Shown: positions 1-12,500 of the stretch, piece by piece | How the letters are laid out: each line of letters opens with the position of its first letter | How positions within the stretch are numbered: the stretch's first letter is position 1 | Source: Camelus ferus | Taxonomy: Eukaryota | Direction: 5' to 3' | Length of the DNA: 64,000 bases | Assembly: GCF_009834535.1 (NCBI RefSeq) | Contig: NC_045696.1 | Coordinates: 8,000,001-8,064,000 of the forward strand | Program-made: the position numbers and the translations under genes | Notes under the pieces: generated by a model | Seen by the model: the letters and a program-made list of their open reading frames with translations, nothing else | Told to the model about the DNA's origin: nothing | Databases searched by the model: none

Positions 1-114
1 GTCTTATTGTGGGTCTCCCCTAACCAGAATGCAAGTTCCAGGAGGGCAGAGAGCTTTGTCTGTTTTGTTCCCTGACGTTTCCTCCGGGACCCACGTGTTT
101 GACAAACATTTCTT

Positions 115-240
115 TTTCCTTTTTGAGTGGGGAAGGTATTTAGGTTTACTGATTTATTTTTTAGAGGAAGTACTGGGGATTGAACCCAGGACTGTGTGTG
201 CTAAGCATGCAGCTCTACCACTTAAGCTATTCCCTCCCCC
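115..240 (-). mobile_element. tRNA-derived SINE (camelid vic-1-like), inserted into an L2 3' end
   Basis: tRNA-like head with A/B boxes and AT-rich tail; 16-bp TSD TTGAYAAACATTTCTT at 99-114 and 241-256. Confidence 0.88.
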
Positions 241-1559
241 TTGATAAACATTTCTTGAATGATGATAAACAGGGGAACTAGTGAACGGATGAGGACTTGT
301 GCTACTTTCACAATCCCCTCCCACCCTCATGTGTTCAATGATGCCCCCTCTATGTCTGGCCACTGGGGGCGGAGCCAGCATTCAAGGCCACTGTGCAAGC
401 CTGACAGGGACGTGGACCTCTCGGGGGAGGTGGGGCAAAGCCAGCAGCAGAGACTCCAAGCTGAGGCAGCCCTACCACTGGGCAGATCCAGTGGGGACAG
501 TGACCTCTAGTGGCCATGAGAGTGCGTGTGCGCACAGGTGCCTGTCCCCTCACTATGCGGGAAGGTGTGGGACCTGGTTTACCCTCCAGCCATTTAATTC
601 TGTTTCTGCCTTCTGTCCTCTTTCCTTTCTCTTACCCCTGCCCTCTGACAGAGTAGGCGAAGTTGACGTGTTTAGAGCTGTGAAGAAACTTCTTCAGATG
701 AAGAAGTTTGTCCAAGGTCCTGTCTCTCTGTTAGACACACACACTGCCCCCCCCCACCCCAGATGACAGGGAGCTGAGACTGAAATAGAGCAAAATAACA
801 CAAAAGGGAAGAGGCAGGAGAAGTGGGGAGTTCACTTGGGAAAGGGGGGTGGGCCAGTGCATTCTCCCCACAAGGACTCGGGACCTACGCTATTTAAATG
901 GCTACTGATAATTATTTCGGTAAGAAGGGTCAACACCACCATTAAAACGCAGGAGTGAGCACTGTCAGCAAGGACAACAGAGGTGTGGCCACAGCGGAAC
1001 AAAAATGAGTAAGGAGGACTGGATCGACTTACCCTCCTGCTCGCCTTCTGTCTTTCCCCAGGAGGGCTCTTGCCGTGGCGGACACCCCGCCTGAGGAGGC
1101 CCCTTTCCCAATGGCTCGGGCCTGGTCACCCACCATGGGCCCCGAGGCACCACATCCCTGCCCCCAACTGCCCCGGTGCCCCCGGCGTGGAGCAGAGCCT
1201 CCACCTCTGCCTTCCTCCTGCCAATGCGCAGCCAGGGCCACAGCAGCCCCACTGTCCCACTCCCAGACGCCAGCGAACGCGCATCACAATCTCCGCGCAG
1301 TCCTCCCTACCTGAGCAGCAGGAATTCATACCTGGCAGCAGAGATGCTGAGACACCTGACGATGCCGCGCAAAAAAACAAACAAAACCCCATCCAACTAG
1401 AGACCCGGGATGGCAAGGAAGTTTCTATGCACAGCGACTGCTGGTAAGGAATACTGCCCGACCCTCAGGCCAGGCTCCCATCCCAGGCCTCCCCAGTAGC
1501 TACCCAGATAGAAGCGGGGGGGCTTCAGGTCAGGACACTGAGCTGATATCACCTGCGTT

Positions 1560-1565
1560 TTTATT
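1560..1565 (-). terminator. Candidate distal CHAF1B polyadenylation signal AATAAA
   Basis: First canonical minus-strand AATAAA I found past the stop (about 1.9 kb downstream); a proximal variant AATAGA near 3274-3279 is an alternative. Confidence 0.35.
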
Positions 1566-3500
1566 ACTGATTCTATAATTTACAGCCAAGGTGACAGCTG
1601 ATAAACAAGCAGCTGTGCCTATAAACCTGCTCCTGCTGAAGGTGTGCTCCCCCCCCAACTGACCCCCCTCCACCGAGTGTGGCTGGGGAAGCGGCCCCCT
1701 CACCAAGACAGGGGACCCACGTCACTCCTATCTGCACAGGGGTCAACCATTACAGACACACCTCGCTCCAGCTGCAGGAAATTTAAAAGGACCTTTTCCT
1801 TTGGAGGGCTGATGGCACCTCCTACACGTTGTCCTTTGAGTCAAGCAGCCCTGGTGAGGACGTTCTTCTGTCAATCAGTGACAAACCAGAGAGGAGCAGG
1901 AAGACGCGCTCAGTGCAAAGGCGCTGAGCCCCGAGACCGCCTCAGGGAAGCGTCCCCACTCTGCCCTCCAGTCCTGGCTTAGCGGCAGGATCACTCGAAG
2001 AGCCTTAAAGAATCCTGAGGTTGAGACCGTGCCCCGGCCCGAGGAGGCCAGGTCTCGGGAGGCAGGACCCTCGGGAGGCGTCGGTCTTTTTGGCAGCTCT
2101 TCGTGACTTCAAGGTTGAGAACGACTGGTCCAACAGCTGCTGCTGGACATTTTTAACTGTCTTCACGTTGATGGTGACCCACACCTGCGTTATTACAACC
2201 ATGCATCCACTCACCGGCCAGCTCTCTACGTTGTCAGGTTGTCCCCAGTTTGCCACTTTCCCACGTAAAGGTAGGCAAACTTTTTCTGGTTAAGTAGATT
2301 GTGGATTAAGCAACAAAGTGATGCTTTTCTCCAGCTCCTTTCCTTGCTGCTGACTTGCGAACACGTTCTTCCCTCCTCAGTGGCTTCGAGTCAGAGCCTG
2401 GATCTGCCGGTTCTGAACTCACTCTCTGATCTTGTTCAGACGGAGAGGGGCCCTGGGTGTGGCCTCACCTGCGTGACTCACCGTGTTCATTGTGCCAGCG
2501 AGACGGCACCCAGCGCTCAGCTGTCAACCTCTCTGCCCTGTGAGGCAGCCGCAGGGGCTTCCAGGGTCCCGCCCGGCGCCCCCTCCTGGCCCATCACCCA
2601 GCGTCTCCCGCCCAGAGAGACGACTCCCAACGTGTGCCTCCTGCTGCAGGGACAGCACCTCACGCGTCTCGGCCCACAAGCTCCATCCACTCCCAAGACA
2701 GAAAGGAATGTGCCATCGTCCCAAGGACCAGAGAGAGCAGAGGCATCAACTGCTAAGTAAGGGTACTTCTTTGGCTTTGAAAAATCAACCTGAAAAATTA
2801 ACCTGTTTGGAGACCAAACTGTATCTGAAGTAAAATCCCAACTCTTCCCCCAGCCACACCAAAAAATAACAAAAAAAAAAATAAAAATTTTAAGAAGGAA
2901 ATATGCCAAAACAGTCACAAGTGGTCCTTCTGGTGGGGAGATGATGGGTGATTTCCCACCTCCATCCTGTTTTTTCTACTTCTCTCTAGTTCACTAACTT
3001 TCTAGGATAAGCATTATACCTTTAAAATCAGAAAGCGAATACAACAAACTTGTAAAAGGGAATCAACTATTTGGAAGCTAAATTGATCTAATAATCAAAC
3101 ACTCTAAAATTCAACAGAATAAGTCTTCTTAAATTACTTTCTCCTCTAATTCCGGCTGTAGGAGTCCACCCGTAAAGTGTCTGGACTTTGATACAAGCAT
3201 TCCAAAGGGGAGTTACTGATTTTCACACTAGGTGATGCTCCAGTCCCACAAACTTGTCAAAAACAGCGTTTAGTCTATTAAAATGTTCACATCTCTGAGG
3301 TAAAAATGTATTTTGAATACAAGAGCAAGCATATTTCTAGAGAAATCAGTCCACGTGTATCTTCTGTTACAGAAATCACTTTACAAGGGTCTGTCAGGCT
3401 CCGTCTGATGCCACTGGTCTCAGGTGTCTTCGGCCTCACCCCTCCCTGGGCACACGGGGGTCCCCAGATCTGGCAGCCTTTGGGCATAAGACCAGTCTCA

Positions 3501-3592
3501 TCAAGGGTCCAGACCTTGGGTACCTTCTTTGTGCTCACTGAGTCTGGGCCGTTTCAGTTCTGGGGGACTGCCCTGAGGGTCTCCAAGCGTCT
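3501..3592 (-). CDS. CHAF1B: CHAF1B exon 14 coding part ([18 protein letters not shown]...GLDP*)
   Basis: tttcag|AGA; TGA at 3503-3501; 92 nt; KRPR NLS-like motif. Confidence 0.94.
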
Positions 3593-6500
3593 CTGAAACA
3601 TGAACATACACAAAATTGGCAAGTGAGTGAAGATTTCTTTAAGAGCTGACGTTTATAAAATAAATTCCATGCCCAGACAAGGAACTGAACTGCCTGGCCA
3701 GGTCCTTCATGGCTCTAAGGGGAAGGATCTATACCAGTGGTTCTCAACCAGGGGCAACCGTGCCTCCCGGGAGACAGTGGGCAGCGTCTGGTGACATTTT
3801 AGAATGTCATGAGTTGGGGTAGGGAATGGGTACCAGCATCCTATGTTCACAGGACGGCACCACAACAAGGAACGACCCACCCACGGCACCAGCGATGCCA
3901 AGGCTGAGAACCGGGGCTACACCACCTCCTGAACCCCCCATCTGCCTCACAGTGAGCGCTTCTGCGGGAGGAGGAGTCTCCCTGCTGAGAATACAGAGAC
4001 AGCCAGTGAGTTTAAAGATGCATCCTTGCTGCTTCAGAACTGACTTAAAGTTAGGTGGCGTTAATTTCCAAAAGGAAAGATAATCCATCTTTAATTATAT
4101 TAAACTAGTAACAATATCACTTACCTGACTGACTTTCTTCTGTGGAAGGGCTGGAAATTATAGTGGTTGGTATAGAATTTGGTGGAGTACCTGTCTTTAA
4201 GGGTTTTAAGTTTATTCTCCTTGATTAAAAAAAGAAGTAAAAGGTCATTAGTATCAAAGGAATTGTGTATGACATCAAATTTCAAAACTACCCAAAGGTG
4301 ACATTTTTAAAAATTTCAGCTGATCATACCACACACGGCATTGAATGTGTTTATCTGTCCACTTACTTAGTAACTAAGGACCATGGACTGAGTTAAACTA
4401 TCACATATATAGTAGTCAATTTAAACCTTAACCAGTCACCTAAAAGTTTCAAAACCTGTGTTTTGTTCATACCAATGATACGCTGAACACTGTGCTGAAG
4501 GCTTCATATATAAGCTTATCAGATATGGCTTCTACCATGGAAAGCTCCAAAACATACACGTTTCTTTTTGAAGTCCCAGTCTTTACTTTTAACCACTATT
4601 TTTTTTACATTATAACTGTAAGAAGATCACAAGAAATTAAGAGGGGGAAAAACTTTAATACTAAAAATATTTCAAAGAACACCTTCCCATTTACTTCCCC
4701 TACCTAAAAACAAAAAGAATTTTTTTAAAAACATTGCTAGTCTGAAGAAAGATTCAAAAAGAGCCAAACACTAGACCTAACCCGTACTACGGGCCCGCCA
4801 AGGAAATTGCATGATTTTGACAGGGCGGGAGAGACACAGCGCTTCCTGTCTGTCACGCGCACCCTTCCCGCCGCATCCCCTCCCCAGGCTAGGTGGCGGG
4901 AGGCGGGCAGAGAAGGCCGTATCCCGAGTCGGTGATTTCCAGGGAAGGACACCTGGAGGCTCACTGCTGCTTGATGATGGGCACCGTGGTGAGCAGCTCT
5001 GTCTGCAGCACCAGCCGCGAACTCGGGCATGTTTACCGGCCAGATGGACGTGAGCGGGGAAGAACACACAGGCAGCATCTCCTGGAGACTGCTCAGACCA
5101 GACCACTGTTTACCGTGAGCCCGTCTGCTGGACGTGGCTGAAACCACCTCGAGGAAGGGTTCCTTTGCTTTCCTGCCCACTGGAAAGTGCCCCTCACTGC
5201 TCTGGACAAGACAACACAGGTAAAGAATGGAGACATACTCTTGTCTCATGGGGCTTATAATCTAACGGGAAACAGAAGCACAAATCAGACATCTGCCGTT
5301 GACTGTGATGTGTTGTGCTAGAGAAAAGGGCTGAAGGGACATCCAAATGGGCCTTTCAGGAGTGTCACCAGGGGAGCAGGTGTCCAGGATGTCCCTGGAA
5401 GGGAAAGGCACAGAGGCCTCCAAGGGCCGAGCGTGCTCTGGCAACCTGGCTTTTGGGTCAGGCTGGAGAGGAAGGCACAGGGAGGAAGATAGCGGGGTGA
5501 CCGTGCTGGACGGCGGGCTGCCGCAGACCCGCCTGCAGGCCGCGCGCAGGCGCCTGGACTCAGCCGCCAGGGAGGAAGCAGACAACTGAGGTCTGTAAGC
5601 AGGGAGGGGGCGCTCTCAGATTCAAAGCTGGGAAACGCCTCTCTGGCAGAGTGTGGAACGTCACCTATTGAAGGGCGGGGGCTCTCAGTCTGTGGTCTGT
5701 TTTGTGACCGCAAGGACAGCTTCTCTTTCTGTCCAAGTTCTCACCGGGGTGTTGACTTGCTCCAGGCCTGCAGGGTGTTCAGAGTGATCCTCCGGGACGG
5801 GTGGGCCTTCACATTCTGTCCACTGGGCTGCAGGGTCTTCTCCTCTGAAGGCCCCGCCAGGAAGCCTCTGGTACTAGGAGTCGTCGCAGGGGTGTCCTTG
5901 GCTGCCGTGGGGGCCGGAGGCGGTTTCGTCTGAGGGGGCGTTGCACAGGGACTGCTGGGGTCTTGGGCTCTGCTGGTGGGGGTTCCCTCTACCAGTCTGG
6001 GTCCTGGCGAAGACCCAGGGTGTGTCTGACTCTTAGTTTTCTTCGCTGTATCAGGAGTTCTCACACTCAAAACCGGTTTCTCCTTCAAGGGTATTCCGAG
6101 CTCATCCTTCTCAAACGTCACAAATGAACAATAACCATCCGTGGAAGAAATGGCCAGGAAGGCCCCATCACTGGACCTTTGTTCCCAAAACAGAAGAAAG
6201 AGTTAAAAACGTTACCAAAGTCCACGGGTCACTCTCAGCTCTCTCGTTACTAGTTAGGAAATAGAAGTTCAAGCAAAATCATGAGCTCTGTTTGAAGGCA
6301 GAGTCAAGGGGAAAAACATGATGGAAAAAGGGTTTGTGTGAGCTCCCTCCTCACACCCTTCCCCTCCCAACCCACCTCGAGTTTCTCAGGGACCCAACCT
6401 CTCTTCGTTGTCACTGAATTCACCAGAATAAAGTTGGGATGGCTTTTCCCTCCCCATCCAAGATAAAAAGAAAATTAGAAGAAGATAAAGAGTTATAAAG

Positions 6501-9500
6501 GCAAGGAATAGACGGTGGGTGGCCAGGCCCAGGCTGGGCCTGAGCAGGCAGTGGGAGGCTGCATCAGGGAGCCCAGGGGAGCTGAGGACCCCAGGCAGAA
6601 AGGCGAGGGCAGAGTGGCCCCTTTCCTCGTCTGTGCAGCAGGGCCCGCAGGCCTGGGCCTCCTCTCGGAGGGCCTGGCGAGTCCCCAAATAACCAGGTTG
6701 CACTGGGGACTTTTCCTTGGTTGATAAGAAGCAGATAAACCCCCTGGGGCAGTCTGAATGGCACCAACACCCACAACAGGAAGCAGTGTTACAGCAGTTA
6801 GGAATGGCTTTCCTTTTAATGTTGATTCTTTAAAAAAAAAAAAAGTAAAATAAGGGCTAAAAGAGCCAACTGCAGGATGACATGCTCCCTGCCCTGAGGG
6901 GCTACTCCAGGACAACGTACACTGCACCCCGCCATCCACCTTCCCTCCACCAGCCACTCACCAGGAAATATCACTCAGGGTGTGGTAATGTATGTTAGAC
7001 ACGTAACCAAATGGGAACAGCTGCTGGGTGTCGTACAAAAGCACAGAGTCTTCGGAAGCCACGGCAAACACCACGCGGTAAGGCAGGCTCACCAGCTCCA
7101 CACCTGGCTCTTGTGACAGGCAAAACAGGGACAGAGGAAGTAAAGCAAAAGCCACGTTCCCAAAGAAAACAAATTCTACCCCCACCCCAGCCTTTTCCCT
7201 GGGGACATAAATGACATAATTTTACTAAAGACTAGTTTGCTATGTGCTTTACAAAAGAATTCAGTTCTTTTAATGATTTTGTATAGGAATATATGAATCG
7301 AGGAGAACCAAGCATGAACCAGTGAGGACACTGTGTTATGATCCAACAGTCAATGGGCACCTGAGGTCCAAAAAGAAGAGGAGAGAAAAGATGTGTGAAT
7401 GAAGCAGGTCACCCTGAGGGGTCATTGCCTGATAAGGAAAACATCAGTCACATAGAAACATTTTATCAAGTGATGTTTTAATGCTGTCAAGTTGATTACA
7501 GTCATTCACATAAAGGATGAGAAACTTAGAAACAGCTTCGGCATCCGGCCAGGGACCTGACTAACCCTTCACCTGAATCAATTAAAACACCAGACAAAAT
7601 ATATGAAACAAGGTTTTTTAAGACACTGTCCATCAGGTCATGGAGGACAGCAATCCCTCAGAGATGGGAAGCAAGAGAGGTGAGCCCTATGCTTTCCTCT
7701 GCTTATGCTTGGAGTTTCCAGTCCCAGCAAAGGTGGAGGGAAGCCAGGTGGCGCCCAGCAGATGCCCTGAGCTGGGATGCCAGGAGGCTGGAAACCCCCA
7801 GGGTGGAGCAGCAGAGACAGAGAGCTGGCGCCCTCTGGAGCCGTCCACTGAGTGCTAACCAGTGCACGCGTGGGAAGAATTGACCAGGGTCGAAGTGAGA
7901 ACCACGGGAAAGGAAGAGCCATCCCCGAAGCTCACACAAGGCCAGAAATCAGCCAGAGTGGAAAATCTCCTTGTTCACAGGCATCGATTAGAGCACTCAC
8001 AGGGCTTGGCCTTGGTAGCAGGGAGATTAGCCCTAGACCTAATGCCCCTGTGATCCCACCCGACAGAGCTTAATAGCAAGACCCCTAAGACGCAAAATGT
8101 TTCTAAGTAACTTCACTGCATCCCAGAATAAAGCTCAAGAATATAAGAATGAAAACATATCCAGCATCCACTAAGGTAAAATCCAGTATCTGGCTGGCAT
8201 CTAGCAAAAAATTAACCAGTCATGCTAAGAAGCAGAAAAATGTGACCCACAATGAGGAGGAAAAAAAATCAGTAAGAACTGACCCTTTGTACATGAAGAC
8301 ATTAAAAGAGTTAATACAAAAACTGTATCCCATGTGTTCAAGAAGCAAGAGGAAAGACGGAAGGGGTTAAGCAGAGATATGTAAGAAAGACCCAAGCTGA
8401 ACTCCAGAGATGAAAACTGCACTGTCACAGAGAGAAAGTACCTGGACGGCACCCAGGGCAGGTTACCAAGAAGAAAAGATCTGTGAACTCACAATATAGC
8501 GATGGAAACTATCCAAAATAAAGCCCTGAGAGGAAGAAAACAAGCAAACAGAGTAGCAGTAAGCCATGGGCAGCTTCAAACAGCCTCACAGATGTGTAGC
8601 TGGAGTCCCTGAAGAAGAGGAGACGGGATGACAGAGAAAATATTTGAAGAAATAATTGCTGAAAATCCCCAAATTTGATGAAAACTATGAACTCATAGAT
8701 CTAAGAAGATCAATGAGCCTCAAGCACAATAAACATGAAGAAAACTGCAGCAAGGCACAACATATCAGATATGTTGTTCAAAGCCAACGACAAAGAGAAA
8801 AATCTTAAAAGCAGCCAGTGGAGGGAAAAAAGTTAAACAAAAATCCAGCTCATAATTTTACTGCATAGGAAACTGATAATGAGCGACATTCAATCTGCTT
8901 CCGTTGAGAAACAAAACTAGTACTTTTCCTTTAAAGTAGCTTTAAGCAAAGAAAGTATAGTCTAGACAAGGCAAAAAACTGACATGTAGTTTGATAACAT
9001 CAGTCTTTGCTCTTAAGACTGAACTGAACCAACCCACCTGATCACTTCTCCCCAACCCCCATCCCCCAGTGACCTGCCTCAGAGAACATGACACACCCCA
9101 CGGCTCTGACGCACCTGCTTCCACCACCGGCCTCAGCTCGAAGTAGACTGGGCAGCAGCGGACAGCCAGCGTCGCCTTCCCAGGACATGGAAGATGGGCA
9201 ACGGGTCTAGAAGATGAACCGTGGTTTTAGAAAAAGGCACCATCACTCAACAAAAGCAAAACAAAAACAAAGGGTAAACGTTGCAAACATTTCTTCAGTT
9301 GCATACCTTTTCAGATTTTTCCTGGAGAAAACATATGTTGTATTGGTTACATTTTCACCGGACTCCACACATCCAGCTGGAGAAGCGGGGAGAGGAAGGC
9401 AAGGCCAGGCATTATTAAATGCTCACCAGCAAAGACCCAAGAGCATCCGGTTCTGGTTGGTAAAACATTTTCCCTGAAAGATTATCTCCTGGACAATCTT

Positions 9501-12500
9501 TTTGTGACTGAGAGCAAATACCAGCACCGTCACTTGTGTGGGTTCAGCCCTTACGGAGTTCTACCCACCTGTCTTCTCCCCTGATGTCACCTCCCCGAGG
9601 GGCTCGGCTGCCCCAGAGCCACTTCCAGGCGTGGGCAGGAAGCAGAGCCCCAGCCGCAGAGGACCCTGACCTGAGAATCCAGCCAATTTCTGCTGGTGAG
9701 GCGCTGTGGTTAGACCCCCAGCTCTCTGTCCCCTGGATGCTGACATCAGTTGCCACCCAAAGCCTGTGATTCTGGCCTTTTCCCATCTGTCTGCTAGAGT
9801 TTGGAGGCTGCCAGGAGACCAGCCCTCTACTGACATTTCCAGCCCCAGCAGAAGCTGCTTTCACCCTGGGGAGCAGCCTGTACTGAGAGCTCTTCCACAC
9901 TCACCCCAGGCTGTACTCAGAACTGGGTCAGACCCTGTCAGAGAATGACCATCACACTCAGTTGCTCTTGGGAACATCTCCCTGTCTTATGTTAACATTT
10001 CCTGATACATACACACATATATCATCTCCGCGTAACCAGTTCACACCCGCTACGCAGGCAGCAGACAGCGCCAGTGGTCTTTCTACCCCCTCCCCACCTT
10101 ACCCCATCCTTACACCCCCAAGCCATCCATTTCGACAAACCACTAGGTCATTTTTATTTCCTCCGCGCTCACATAATTGTTATAAGCAGTTATAACTCAA
10201 TCGCATATATAATCACACGATGGGGTTTATTAAGTCTGTTTTATACAATGGGGTATTATTTCTATTTCTGCTCATTTTGCTTTTCTCGGTCAACTACTCG
10301 TGAAAGTTAACTTGTATGGCACTAATGTGTTTTCTTTAGTAGCTGCCTGATGCTCACCAGCATGAAAATACCACAACTGATTCACCCATCCTTTGTTACT
10401 GAGGATTGTTTTGTTTTTGTTTTTTTTTTTTTACAACTACGAACATGCTTGCAATAAACATCCTTGGACATATACTCTCGTACTAGGTTTTAATTTCTTC
10501 AGGAAGTGAATCTCAGGTGAGGGGTGGACTGGCTGAAGGGCATGTGCACTTAGCGGTTACCAGACAGCCTTCCACGGGGGCATCGCAGAACCAGGCGCAC
10601 AGACATTGGCACCGCTGCCACCATACCCTCAGATCAGAAGCTTTGTCCACACACCTGGCGTGAGCAGCAAAGACCCATCCGGAGTGAAGCTGAGTCTGCG
10701 GAAGAACGACTTCATGCTGTCGTCATGGAACATCCGGTAACTTCTCGCCTGAAGGGCACGAAGTTGAAACATTATTCCAGGTCTCTGCATTCACAGTAAA
10801 GGCTCACCAATTCCTATTTTTTTTTTCTTTACATGTTATCATTTATTACTAACATAATAAGTGAAACTGAAATTTATTACCAATCAAATAATCACGCAAG
10901 ACTGCAAAAGTGATCACTCATGAACTGATCACCCATTTTTGATAAGGAAAGCTCTATGTGTGTGTGTGCCTGTGCGGTTCTGCGATTATTAAACAAACAA
11001 ACCTCCGTACCAACACACACCAGTCTGTCAGCAGTGCTTCATCTGGGGACTGGGACTGGGACTGAGACTGGGAAAAGGCAGGAAAAGGACTAGGAGCCCT
11101 TTGCTGGTTATCTGTGTGTATATATTTAGAATTTCCATAGGAACAAACCCCTTTTAAAAAGAAAACAGCTGATTACTAAACTAGTAAATCCTATCACCTT
11201 TTCAAACATTTTGTGGAGGGTATATAGGTAATTGGGTTTTTATTTATTTGTTTTTGATGGAGGTACTGGGGATGGAACCCAGGACCTCATGTATGCTAAG
11301 CACGCGCTTTACCACTGAGCTGTGCCCTTCCCCCTCAACAACATTTCTTGAACACCTGTGTGGAGTAGTTTTTGCTACCATGTATTGACACTTTATAAAC
11401 GTTACGCATTTAACTCTCAACCCCGAGGAACCAGGCTTTACTCTCCTAACCACACATGGGACCCCTCGGCGTCAGCCAGCTCACAGACCACACTGCCTCA
11501 CCCCACTGCCCTGGGACTGGATTTGCACCCTGTCCCTTCTTTGTTCCAGCACCCAGCTTGCTCCCTTTCACCCAAGTGCCTGCCTCTGTCGTCCCAATTC
11601 CTCTAGGACGAGGGTGCCAGCTTCATTTGCCAGTTCTCTCAAAGATAAAAATCCTTCCTACTCCTGAGTCCCCAGCCAAGGGCTGGGGCTCTGCTGTCAG
11701 AGGTCCCCATCTACCTGCCAAGAAGGGGTACTGCCTGTGGCCGGACCACCTGATGCTCACCCACCCGCCTTCCTGTTGCCTCGTGCCAGGATACTTCTAG
11801 CCAGCAGTTCTCGACCCTTGCTGCACCACAGAACCCCAGAGGCCCTGCCAACCTCAAGTCAAATGAATTGCATCTCTGGGGGTGGCACCCAGGCACCCAT
11901 ATTTTCAAATGCTTCCTGGGTGATTCCACAGAGCAGGCAGAGCTGGAAACCACTGTCCTCCACCACCAACCCTCTCCTAGACCCAGCTCAGCCCTCCGCA
12001 CTGAGACGTGGCAGTCGGAGAGGATGTCATGCTGTAGTTCAGGCATTTGGGTCCTTGAGACCAGGAGTTTAGCTACAAGATATGGAAGAGCTCACAACTT
12101 CCTGAGTCCCAGCGAAAGCACTGCTACAACGGAATGTCAAAACATCGTATACCTCTCCTTCGGCACCTACTCCAGACAGCATCTTTGAGACATTAAAAGC
12201 CACACGTTTCTTCTGTGTGCTGTATACCCTCAGGATCCTAAACAAAGAAGAAAAGTCTGATTTATCTCTTCTAGTAAATGAATCCTGTTTCACACAGAAA
12301 GAATCTAATGCCAAAACTGAAGATTGCTTCAATGGTTTTCGGCCTGCAAACCCATTTACGAATGATTTCCACACTTAACTGAATGACAGAGGCAAATATT
12401 AACAACCAAAAGGGTATCACTAATGAAGTGGGGAAATATGTCACATTTTCATTTTTTATTGAATATTTCAACTTGTCAAGTGACATGAACTTTAGGCCTG

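Noticed and set aside
299..2918. Cluster of overlapping 70-155 aa ORFs downstream of CHAF1B
   Set aside because: GC-rich 3' UTR/flank with ORFs on both strands, no recognisable domain and no coherent exon structure.
4512..4524. AGCTTATCAGA resembling mature miR-21
   Set aside because: Only an 11-nt match with no precursor hairpin; chance.
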